Source: Diplonema japonicum
Taxonomy: Eukaryota; Protista; Euglenozoa: Diplonemea
Assembly (NCBI GenBank): GCA_964019335.1
Contig: OZ025689.1
Location: 372,001-436,000 of the forward strand
Reading direction: 5' to 3'
Length of the DNA: 64,000 nucleotides
The position numbers and the translations under genes were made by a program. The notes below the pieces were generated by a model. The model searched no databases and had not been told where the DNA came from. It saw only the letters and a list, made by a program, of their open reading frames with translations. Positions 33,614 to 44,500 of this stretch are shown here, piece after piece. How positions within the stretch are numbered: the stretch's first letter is position 1; each line of letters starts with the position of its first letter.

Positions 33614-36217
33614 CTACTCGTAATAAAGGGTGAGCCCTTCGTTTTTTCCAATGTCCTTCTCTGCAAGGAGAATCATACACATCATCCCCTTGTAGGTAGT
33701 CATGGATCTTGTGCAGTTGGGGTGGTCACTGTGAGGGAGAAGCCCTGCGAGGCTGGTGTATTCACCAGTGTAGAGAGCATAGGGTATGGGGTGAGGGAAG
33801 GGGTGCATCTGTGTTGGCGGGTGGTCAGTTTTTGTGGCAGTAGAGATGACCACTCCGTGCAAGCGGCAGATGTACTCACCTTTCGTGAAGGGCTTGGCTG
33901 CTTGCACGCCTGTCATGGAAAGTACTAGATTCTCGTCGCTCACGTGCAGCTTCTCTCTTCCCACCGTTCCCTCTGCCTTGCACCTCATGAGGCACTCCAA
34001 GACGTGGTCGCGCGTCATCAAGTTCCTCGTTAGGTACTTCTTCCCCGTCACCGCTGTGAACTCTTTCAACCCCATGACACCTTCCCTCGCACCGTTCACC
34101 ACCTTCACATCAGCGGCTTCCTCTGAATATCTAAATAGTTTATACCACTCTTCGGGTGTACCCTTCAGGTGCGTGTCAGTGGCCGTTACGCCCTTCCTTG
34201 GAGGTTTCCCCATGATCACTTCGAAATGCGACGCAGTGAGTCCCCACACACCGTCTCGAACTGCCCAGGCTTCGTCGGTGCCGCAGAGAGCGGTTATCTG
34301 TTGTGTGTCATCGTTAAGAACAGCCTTGTGCAGTGGGGACAGTGTGTTGGAATGTCTGCAGTGCTGGATGCGTACAATGGGTACTCCACCTGCCTGGAGC
34401 TCTGCCGCCTTCGCCAGGTTGCCCACAGAGACGTTGTTGACGTGCGTCACACGGACCTCGCCGTCCTCGCTGTCCACCAGCACGCCTTCACGTTCGCCAC
34501 TCAGCCACCTGTCCAGCTCTGTTGGAGACCTGTTCTTCACAATAACCGTCTGCCCCCCATACTCGAACCTGTACTCCATGGGGTGCGATACTACAGCTTC
34601 AAATGTCAACTCTCCACGCACTGCCACAGGGCTTGCAAATTTGACAAATAGCTTCGGCCAGCACGAGCTGTCCTTCAACGAGGACACCATGATCTCGTCG
34701 GTGGCAAGCAGCTGCAGAACAACCCAGCATCCCACACCCCGCACTGCAGACACCGACTCAAATAACACAGTTTGCTTAGAAGCTGATGTATGGGGAAGCC
34801 TCTTCCTGTCGAAGTATACAGCCTCAACCTCCCTCACTTCAGAGCAGCTTCTGTTTTCAAGTCCTATGCCAAGGTTCCAACCACCTTTGCAACAGCTGCA
34901 TTTGCTTTCCGGCGGAGCTTCGTCACCCAGCACAACAGGATACAGGCTGGCCATTGTAGACACTTTGTGAGGGATGGAAACATAGTCGAGGACCAAGAGG
35001 CGTTCAGCTGCATCGTTGAGTGTCTCGATCACACACTCTTCTGTTGTCAGGACACCGATCAGCTCGTGGACCACAACTTCAGCCCGCACCCCGCTGGGCA
35101 GGGAAACCGCCGTTGACAGACCGACAATCAGTGTCACGTTCGTGTAACCAGAGTTATTGATGTACTGCTGCGCTGATTTTGCAGCCTCGGGGTCCGCTTC
35201 AATGGCATACACGTGGCTTGCACCAGCAGCCGCTGCGAACAGCGCGAGAAGTGCGAAGGGTCCTGTCCCGATCTCCATTACGATCTTTCCCTTGCATGTC
35301 ATCTCGATAGCTTTCTTATACCCGCCTGTTCGGTCATTGTCGTCCCGCATTCTTTTGTAGCTGTTCAGCGTGAATGCTTCTGTTGCGTACATCTTCTCCA
35401 CGACATTCTCGTCTTTGAACGTTTGCTTTTCTGCTGCGATCCGATACACAGGGGTAGCTACCCTTTGCATGACAGCACGGAAGGCCTCACCGCCGTGCCC
35501 GTCCGCTTCTAGAAGTTTCCACCACCTGCGTGTCATGGCCTCGGCGTTGAATGCCTGCAGCTGCACACAGATAGTTAGGTTCTTAAGCTCGGAGGGGGGG
35601 CCTGCTTTGAACAAGGCCTGGAAGGCATCCGTCGAGTTGTGAACTAACAAGTCTTCCAGTTTCTTGATGACATCGTGCCGTTTGCACACAATGAGAGCAT
35701 TCTTCTCGATAATGAAGTCACCCGCCTCATTGCACGACAGCATCAGGAGTGTCCGCCAGCCCCCGCCGAGCGGCTGCACGCTGATGTAGACAAAGCTACC
35801 TGTCACTGCAGCCAACTCAGTTTGCAAAAAGGCGATGGCTTTCAGGTTGGTGGCAGCTTTTGTACGAATAATGACAGCTTCTTCCACACCTGGCTTGCGC
35901 ATTGGTGATGCTAAGACACCCTTAAGCACTCGCAAGCACAGGTCAGCCCCTCCATACAAGTAGCACAAAACCCCTTCGTAACCACCCAGTCCATAGTTCT
36001 TCTTGCACCATGCACCGCAGGCGTACCGTTTCCTTGCGTCTTTCACAAGGTATGCCTCGTCCATCCAGAGACACACATCAGGCCACCCCTTGAGGTCTTC
36101 ATCGGTGACTGTTGTGCTCGCTGGCACCTCGCACCCCTGGATCCTCAACCTAGACAGCGTGTATTTCACCCCGTTTTCTTCCAGAGCCTTTGGTACATCG
36201 ATCTCGGAGAAATCCAT
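33614..36217 (-). CDS. PRMT-like methyltransferase fused to ankyrin-like repeat and C-terminal SET-like domain
   Basis: VMEIGTG, VYAIE, double-E loop HELIGVLTTEE. SPLHKAV ankyrin-like motif. SET motifs GVQAAKPFTKGEYI, PHSDHPNC, KDIGKNEGLTLYY. Start at MDFSE after a pyrimidine tract and CAG. Confidence 0.75.
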   Translation of the reverse strand: MDFSEIDVPKALEENGVKYTLSRLRIQGCEVPASTTVTDEDLKGWPDVCLWMDEAYLVKDARKRYACGAWCKKNYGLGGYEGVLCYLYGGADLCLRVLKGVLASPMRKPGVEEAVIIRTKAATNLKAIAFLQTELAAVTGSFVYISVQPLGGGWRTLLMLSCNEAGDFIIEKNALIVCKRHDVIKKLEDLLVHNSTDAFQALFKAGPPSELKNLTICVQLQAFNAEAMTRRWWKLLEADGHGGEAFRAVMQRVATPVYRIAAEKQTFKDENVVEKMYATEAFTLNSYKRMRDDNDRTGGYKKAIEMTCKGKIVMEIGTGPFALLALFAAAAGASHVYAIEADPEAAKSAQQYINNSGYTNVTLIVGLSTAVSLPSGVRAEVVVHELIGVLTTEECVIETLNDAAERLLVLDYVSIPHKVSTMASLYPVVLGDEAPPESKCSCCKGGWNLGIGLENRSCSEVREVEAVYFDRKRLPHTSASKQTVLFESVSAVRGVGCWVVLQLLATDEIMVSSLKDSSCWPKLFVKFASPVAVRGELTFEAVVSHPMEYRFEYGGQTVIVKNRSPTELDRWLSGEREGVLVDSEDGEVRVTHVNNVSVGNLAKAAELQAGGVPIVRIQHCRHSNTLSPLHKAVLNDDTQQITALCGTDEAWAVRDGVWGLTASHFEVIMGKPPRKGVTATDTHLKGTPEEWYKLFRYSEEAADVKVVNGAREGVMGLKEFTAVTGKKYLTRNLMTRDHVLECLMRCKAEGTVGREKLHVSDENLVLSMTGVQAAKPFTKGEYICRLHGVVISTATKTDHPPTQMHPFPHPIPYALYTGEYTSLAGLLPHSDHPNCTRSMTTYKGMMCMILLAEKDIGKNEGLTLYYE

Positions 36218-36485
36218 TGTGGCCTGACGTGTTGCAGAGATTGAAAGAACTAGAGCAACAAGGATAATGAAAGGAAAATGGTGCGTGACGGCAGCCACTC
36301 TACAGCTCAGCCCAGAAGAGCTGTCCAGGCCTTGTGACCCTGGATGGGGTGTTAACTGCAAGTTTCAGCTTGGACTGTGGCTTCTGGTTCGATGCGTTCA
36401 TGCGCGTCTTTTGAGGCATGCCATCCCTGTTGTGATATATACTGCACAGAAGAGAATAACAAATATTGAGCACTGCGGCGACGGA

Positions 36486-38297
36486 CTATGATGTACCTCG
36501 CCTGAGCATAGAGAGGTATGAGACTGCAGGCGTGGCAGCTGTGCTGTTACTAGTGAAACCGACTTGCTCTGGGAACTGTAGGGAGTGTAGGGAGGGGTTG
36601 GTCAGTGGTCGCTGGTACACAACGCGATTCGCCCTCGGGCGGACACCTTGACCAAGACGCTTGCAGGTATGGCGTTCCCCCCAACGAGACTCCCGAGCAC
36701 GATCCGCGTGGAACGCTGAGTCGTCTTGCCGGTACTCCTCCATAAGCTCCTCACACGAGTCCTCGTACTCTTCCTCCTCTTGCACCCTCCAGGTCAGGTA
36801 CCGCAATGCTCCCCCAGCCCACCCACCTGTTGGCGCGCCGACACCCAGATACCCCTGTACGCACCGTGCATCCTTGTAACCTACACGCATCCTCCTCAAC
36901 ATGACCATCCCCAGCAGCATGCATTGCACTGGTGTTTTCAGACACAGTGCAGCAGCTTCCCGCGTGGGTCCATCTTTGCTCTTGACCAGTTGCGCTATGC
37001 CGTGTGCAGGCATGCCAGCACAGCACAGCAAATGCACCAGATCTGCCGTCAGGCTGGGCAGATGTGCAGAGAGGTATTCCCAGTTTTCTGCACTCAGGCT
37101 TCTGCTTCGGACAGCGGTTCTGAACAAACGCTTCCCATCAGGGTGTTGCAGTACCGGAATTAAGGCTTTCACGACTGGGACTCGCGCAGTGGTGGCGAGC
37201 AAGGTGAATGTTTCGGCACTCCTGGCTGCGTTTGAGTGGTTTAGGGAGGCAAGGAGGGCGTGGGTGGTGCTGCTGAACTCGAGGTCTTTTTGTTGGAGGA
37301 GGAGCCTGAGAACTGGGGTGTTGCAGGCTTCAGCAGCGACGACAACAGGCGGGGGTGAGGAACCATTGAGGAGATCGCTTGCTGGAAGATGGTGGTTGCG
37401 AAGTAAAGCACGTATGGTGGCGAGGTCGCCCTCAGCCACGGCTACGGCGAAAGCGTCCACTGAGCGGCGGAGATACTCGCTCTTGGCAAGCTTTCGCTGC
37501 CGTCGCTGCAGCCCCTCCTGCAGAGCGTAAGGGAACTCAAGCTCAACACCACTCAGGTCGTTGTACACATCCAGCAGCCGCCCAAATGTCGTTTTGATGC
37601 TGATCCTCGCTACGACGCACTTCCGCAACACAACCTTGGCCACAGAGACGACGTTGTCAGCTAGCTGCTCATGAGTGAGGCAGCCGGTGACACAGCCCGC
37701 TTTGAAGGAACCACCTTCCGTTGTGATTCGCACTTTTCTACATAATTTATCCACAAATTCTTGTAAGTTCACAACGGGCGGGATTACTATCAAAGGCCTA
37801 CGAGACTTCCTGAAGATAACAGGCGACATCCTGCGGTGGATCTTGCGCGCACATAAAATGTGCTCGAAAGACTGGATCCAGGACTTGATCGCAGAGAAAG
37901 GGTTTCTATCTATGAAGACAAGGCAGTCCGTAACATCAAGCGGTATGCATCCAGAGCACGTGGCGAGGTCTACGTCAGCAGGCGTTTCGCAAAGTACCCC
38001 AACGTTGTAGGTTGGGTTGGGCTGGTGGGTGAGCATTGTGAAAAAACTCGGTTTTTTGAATCGTTCCTTTGTTTTGTAATGTACCTCTAGGCATCCCATG
38101 TCCTTCCTGCCCAAGTATCCCGTCACAACATGAACCACATCCCAAGGTAGGCTGTAGTATTGCTTTTCGTCTCCATACCTGCTTCTCACCAGCCACAGCC
38201 CCCTCAACCCTCGTTCCATGTTCCTGTTCACTTCCTTTCCGTTCAATGCGGTCGTAACAATTTCCCGTAACTTTGTTTCATCCAATTCAACGTTCAT
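36486..38297 (-). CDS. Ribosomal L1-like domain plus ankyrin-like repeats (3' end uncertain, possible extra introns)
   Basis: L1-family C-terminal pattern EQLADNV..V....VARISIKTTFG. Ankyrin-like AVAEGDLATIRALL and PVVVAAEACNTPVLRLLL. Confidence 0.65.
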   Translation of the reverse strand: MNVELDETKLREIVTTALNGKEVNRNMERGLRGLWLVRSRYGDEKQYYSLPWDVVHVVTGYLGRKDMGCLEVHYKTKERFKKPSFFTMLTHQPNPTYNVGVLCETPADVDLATCSGCIPLDVTDCLVFIDRNPFSAIKSWIQSFEHILCARKIHRRMSPVIFRKSRRPLIVIPPVVNLQEFVDKLCRKVRITTEGGSFKAGCVTGCLTHEQLADNVVSVAKVVLRKCVVARISIKTTFGRLLDVYNDLSGVELEFPYALQEGLQRRQRKLAKSEYLRRSVDAFAVAVAEGDLATIRALLRNHHLPASDLLNGSSPPPVVVAAEACNTPVLRLLLQQKDLEFSSTTHALLASLNHSNAARSAETFTLLATTARVPVVKALIPVLQHPDGKRLFRTAVRSRSLSAENWEYLSAHLPSLTADLVHLLCCAGMPAHGIAQLVKSKDGPTREAAALCLKTPVQCMLLGMVMLRRMRVGYKDARCVQGYLGVGAPTGGWAGGALRYLTWRVQEEEEYEDSCEELMEEYRQDDSAFHADRARESRWGERHTCKRLGQGVRPRANRVVYQRPLTNPSLHSLQFPEQVGFTSNSTAATPAVSYLSMLRRGTS

Positions 38298-38533
38298 TCT
38301 AGTAATAGGGCTTTTCTTCTTCTTTTCATTAAGGGGGGGGGGGGGGGGGGGCTGGGGGTTTTTTTTGTGATTTCTTTTTATAGCGGCCGGGGCATTCTAC
38401 AAGATAAAAATACACATGGAATGGTTAAGAAAGAAAAGAAGAAAAAAAAAGAGGATCGTATACACATGCGAAGAGAGGAGAAAGAAAAAAAAAGAGGAAA
38501 CCTTCGGAAAAAGATTTCTTCCCCCTTTTCTCT

Positions 38534-41500
38534 TCAGGTATTTAACATGCAGAAGCATGCGGTTCCACGGAAGGCCCAGTGCTCTTTGGTGTACCCATCC
38601 CCGACAGGGAGCGCGAAATTCATGATGTAGTTGGTAGAAAGACCCGTCGTGCTGAGGATGCCAGACCGGGTCAGTGCTTTGTACAACGGGCACTCATATG
38701 TATCCGGAATATCTGGTGTTGTCTTCCTCTTGGGGACTAGGTGTAAGGCGGGCATCTCACTGAAAAGCTGCCCAGGTCGAGATTCTGCAAGTCTCCTCGC
38801 CTCAATATCCCAAATGGCTCCTTCCATGAAGAACCCAATGATGTTGCACCCGTCTTCAGGATATTCCGTCAGTTCACTTTTTGTCACAGCACTCAAGACA
38901 GTCGCTGTGTGCTTCAGTTCATCGATGGGGATAGTGTGCTTCCTGGAATGCGTCTGCAAAATCCCTGTCAAGAATCCTTGTGGAAAGAACAACCCAGGAA
39001 GCCAATAACACCTTGGCATCCCATCATAACACCATTCTGCAATGGCCGCCACCCTATTCACCATATCGTTGAACCACGGTTGGAGAGGCTTGAGGCATAG
39101 ATACGCAACTTTTTCCCAGTTGGGCGGTACCTTGCCGAAAAGGAAGCAACTGTACATCTGTTCAAGCTGAGCGGACAACACAACTTCACCCTTGATGGCC
39201 CTCTTCAGCTCCTTCATGCTCGACATGAGGGCTTTCAGTAAGCGGTTGAATTGATCGATTTCCTGTATGAGTACGGTTCCTAAGGAGATCATGGCCCCGG
39301 CATCGGTGATGCGGAAGACTTCCTTGTGAGCCTTCTCCTTGTCGACAAGCTTCGGGCAGCGTGCCATGAAGTCCTCGGCGATGGCCCACACAGTTTCATC
39401 GTTGCTGTTGGTTCCGCCGCCGCCGCCGCCGCCCGCCTTAGGTTGCACGTTGATGATCGTTGACATCATGGCGTTGCTCTCCTTCGCTTGGAAGGTGATC
39501 GACGCGTTGCCAGGCAGCCCGAACAACGTCGGGTCTTCATACAATGGAAGAGACTCTAGGTGATCCATCACTTCCTCTCTCGTTGCCTCCCCACCAGGCG
39601 GCTTGTACTCGCTCTTGTCATCGTACGAGAACTCCTCCTCAAACGTCGCCACTGAGAAGTACTTGCTCACAAACGTTTGCAGCAACCTTGTATCCAGGAA
39701 GTCCGTCACCCGCCCACCATAGTTGATCACACCGAGCGTATACCTCACTGCAGGCCATGGGATCTCATCGAAATTGTTCAAGCACAGCCTGAGGGTTTTG
39801 ATGCTTGCAGACAAGTCCGGCCCCGACCACTCGTAAGCGATGTTCCACCCCAGAGCACCGAATTTCCTCCTCTCCTGGATCAGACCGTGGAAGAACACCA
39901 GCGAGAATATGAGCTTCTTCCACTCCATCTCCTTCTTTCCGTCTTGTTCTGCCCACAGCTCATCGGAGATGGCGCCGAAGGAGTCCTTGAGGTTTGCTCT
40001 CAGCCCTTTAGGCGGTTCCCTTGTTAGCTTTAAACCCAGCTGCAGGACGGACACAGGGAACGATGCAGCGGGGTTAGACGTGAGCCACAGTCGGAAGTTA
40101 GGGTGCACCTGGTTGCTGCCTGCCTTGTCCACAAGATCCTCCATAATCTTCTCCAGTGTGGGCATCCAACTAGTGTAAACATGACAGTTTTGCAAGTACA
40201 CCCATTCCCCGTCATTCCTGGCTTTCTCAATCATGGCCTGAGCCTTGGGGCCCTGGTCCTGACCCAGTGACAACATAGGCAGTTTCGTAGGATCCCATCC
40301 CTGCGACTTCGCAAAGCTCGTGAAGATGGTGGTAGGGTCTGTCCCCGTGGAGAGAACGAAAATGATTGGTGTGATGTTGTTGCTATCGTCGAAGGCCTCT
40401 GACAGCTTGAAGGGCGGTGACTCGGTGTATTTTTTGCTCATCATGTGGCGCACCAATTTAGGGATGCCAAACAGACACTTCTCCGGCCTCAGCGACTTCA
40501 AAATGAGCAGCTTGTGCCATTCGGAGTAGTCCTTTGCGACCCCAGGGTACTCTTCGTCCTGAGGGTTAGGTGCCACCATCCACTCCTTCCAACCAGGAGC
40601 GTTGATCACGTCATTCGGTAGGGACTCCAGTTCTTTCAGTACTGACAACGCGCAAAGATCCTCCCATGCCGTAGTCCACTGCACGTGGTCTGGCTTTGGG
40701 GGGACCTTACCTTTGCTGCCTGCAGACCCTCGTAGGAAGAGGTCCCACTCCTCTTGTAGGATCTCACCCGAGGACTTGAAGATGTGATATGTCATAAGGA
40801 AAGCAAAGATGATCTTGTCCTTCTCGAAGAGACCTCTGCAGATGGCGTTGAAAGAGGCGAAAGTGATGACGGGCACCAGCTCAGAGATGCGTTGCTCGAC
40901 GTTGTCAGCAGGGGGTGTTTTTTGGATTGCCTGCACGAAGAGTGACTTGTAGAAGACAAGCGAGTACTGGTACATGTGATCGATGTTCGCGATGTCGGCG
41001 ATGGTGGCGTACAGAAGAGAGCCACGTGTGGCGACAGGACGGTACTTCTCTGCCGCCGTTTGGATCTCTGCGGATGTGACCTCTGCCTTGGACAAAGCGG
41101 TGGAGACCTCGATGGAGGTGACCTTCGAATCGGAGAGTGTCTGAATGAGCTCTAGGTTGTCGAGGATGTCGCCAGTCGCATCTGCCAGCATCTGCAGGAT
41201 CTTGTCTTGGATGTCTTTCAATGTCTTCTGCCCGTCTGCGATTTGGACCACGACCTTGTCCTTGCTCTCTGCTAGGTCAGCACGCTCCACCGCCACCACG
41301 TCATTCAGTAGCTGGTCCTCTAAACCCTTTGTGGTCACTGTGAAGTTTACAATCGCAACCTTGATCTGCAGCTCAGGTGAATAGGTAGGGTTAGGCATCT
41401 TCGTCGTGAGGTACAGCCTGAAGTTCTCATCATAGTCCACCTCGTTTTCCCCTAGTTTGATCACAAGTCGTCCGCCAGACTTGTACGTCTGCTTCAGCAA

Positions 41501-44500
41501 CACAGGGTCCAGGGATGCATCTAGCTCTTCTCCAATGTTCTCCAACAACACTGGTCTGCCAATGCGTATGTTCTGCTCCAGCTGTTGCATGAACTTGTCC
41601 TGTGTCATCTTCAGCACCTTCAGCTGGTTGTCTCGCTCCTTCTTTTTCACGAAATTGTTTGCCTGCCCCTGCGGGTCGATCATGAGACACCACCTCTGCG
41701 ATCTGTCCAAGATGGTCCCGTTTTCAACGCTGAACTGATCAAGGGGTAAGCCCCACAGGGACCACTGCCTTGCCGTGACCTGGCTAGTGATGGAGTCCAG
41801 CGAGAACCCTTCCGTGACGGGGATGTCTAAGTCGTGGCAGCGCTCTGTCCACTTCGCGACGATCTCCTTTCGGAACTTCGAAGGGAAGGGCCCGATGTAC
41901 GCAACGCAGCCTGATGCTAGCAGCATTGTGCCGACAAGCATGTTCTTGCTTTTCTCTAAAGCAGCCACGTTCTCCTTCCATCTGCCTGCTTCACCCGCCA
42001 GTCCTCCTAGGAGTTGATCGGCACGGTCAAGTTTTGCCATAGCTTGTCTCTTCTGCTCTTCAAGGCTTTCCTTTTTGGCTATGGTCTCTTCTGCGTCTTT
42101 CTCAAGCTTCGCAACTTTCATGTTGGACTCGTTGAGCTCTGACTGCTTCACATCGAGCTCTGCCTTCGCAGCTTGCAGTTTTGCCTCTGCGACAGAGAGT
42201 GCTGCCTTCTTCGGTCCCAGATCTCTTGTGACCCAATAGTAGTTGTCGATGGCTCTGCACCACATACACATCGACTTGCACGGGTTTGAAGACTGCCCTA
42301 TGATCTCTGGTGTGAAGCCCTGGTCCTTGATGAAGGCCTGCAGCTTATTTATTATCTTTTTGTCAATGTTGTCCTTGTCGAACTCTTCCAGCTTTTTGAA
42401 AAACCTTGTGTCGGCCATGAACTGCTTAGCTGTTGCCCAATCCAGCTTTGCAGCGCCTAGCAGAAGGATCACAGCGTTCATTGTTTTTTCGACGGCCTCG
42501 GGTGGCTTCGCATACGACTTGATCTGGTCAATATCTTTCTTCTCGAGCGTCTTCAGTGCCTCCTGCGCTTGGAAGAACACAGGCATCGCCTTGTCAAGCC
42601 CTGCCTGGCAGTCTGCACGGATCACCTCAGCCTCGTCCATGATCTTCTTGCACTTCGCTTCTTCGACCTCAACGATGGCCTTGACCTTTCCAGCGGCTTC
42701 TTTTCCACGAGCGATTTCTTTGCCCTGTATTTCGGCTTCTTTCGAGGCTTTTTCGAGCTTCGGCTGCATGTCCTGCAAGTCCTTTTTAAGCTTCTCAACC
42801 ATAGTAGAAGTGCTGGCCAGCTTGTCAAGCCCCGACTGGAACCTACTGAGCTGCTGGTCTGTGTCCGACATGGATGCTTCAAGCATCGTGAGGTACGACG
42901 CCAGCAGCGACAGGTACGACGTGGGTGTCGTGTAGTTGCGCCTTTTGAGGGAGTTGTACATGTCCTCGGACTGATCCTCGATGGTGGTGTGCATCGTGAC
43001 ACACATTTCTGATAGCTTAGCTTCGTACTTTTTCACTGTTTCGGCGCAGCCGCCTCCTTTCGGCTTCGTGAAGAGATGGTTTGCCACTTGCTTCAAAGCT
43101 TCTGACGGCCACTTTGTATACCAGTCAATGGTCATGCAGTTCACAAGCGAAGGGAACATACGAAGCCTGCTGCGGAACTGGTCTCCGATTGGGCTGACGC
43201 AGAAGATGACGTGGAGGTTGTCGCGGACCAGTTGGATGTAATGCCTGATGATGGAACGCCTGTTGTCCGACGAGCACTTCTCCCTCGTCGCGTTGATGAT
43301 GCGCTCGTAGTCTTCTGTGAGATAGATGTTCGGCACGTCACCCACGTTGAGCACGTTGTTGATGTCCTCAAGGAACTGCTCTCGGACAATCTGCGTGTCG
43401 GCGAAAAGGAAGACAACGGACTTCCCAGAACACCCCGCCTCCAAGAGTAAACCTTTGAGGTCCTCACGGAACTGCGGTATGTCATATCCACGGGAAACAG
43501 AGATCTGGAAGCATTTCTGTTGGCAGATGAACGCGGCGAGCTCTGTGATTGAGTGGCGCCCAGAGCCGCCCACACCTACCAACAGTGCGTTGCCTCTTGG
43601 CTGGCGGAGCATACGGCACATCCTGGTGAGATGCTGGATGGCATCGTCAAACATGACAAGATCGATCTCTTTAGAGGTCTGCACCCCGAAGTCCACCTGG
43701 AAGTCGTTCAGCAGCTCTTGGATGGACTTCATGTCAGTGATTCTCTTGTACGCGTCGTTCTTCGTGTCCCCCCAGTCCCCGTACAGCATTTTACTCCATG
43801 AATCGTCCACCCCGATCCCAAGATTCTTCTTCACCGTCTCTCCAACACACTTCCACCACCACAATCTGTCTTCTTCATTGATCAGCCTGTCATGGAACAC
43901 TCTCGATGCCTCGTGGCAGAATACCCTTGCCATGTCCTCTACAGTAGTGAGGTGGTCGGGTGAAAGCATGAGGATGCCCTGGATCACCTTCGACAAGTCA
44001 CGCAGGTTGAATGTGTAATGAATCTTCAGCGGTGTGGGAAGCATCTCCGTTGAGATCCTTTGGAAGACTTCGATGGTGGCGTTCACCACCTTAAGTCCTA
44101 GGCCCTTCACTTCGTTGGAGAAGGTGGCAAGGAAACCTGACAGGATGGACGTGAAAATCGAGGACATGGAGTCCACCGACAGCTGTGGGATCACAAGACA
44201 GTGGAACAGTGTTGTCAGTCGCTGCGTCATCTCGTGCTTCCCACCGCCGGGGGGCCCACAGCACGTGACGCAGACGACATCCCTGATATCCTTGTAGAGA
44301 TCCTTCTTTTTCCTGTCGAAGAAACCGCCTTCTGACTCACCAGACGGGATAGCGCCTCTCTGTAGCATCTGACGAAGAAGTTCTAAAGGCGGCGAAGCAC
44401 CGTATTTCTCAGGCTCGGGCATGTTAGCGTCGTCGACAAGAATGATACACCTCTTGCCAGGAGCTGCGCCAAGCAGAGTGTTCTTCTTTTTTGTGAGGTT

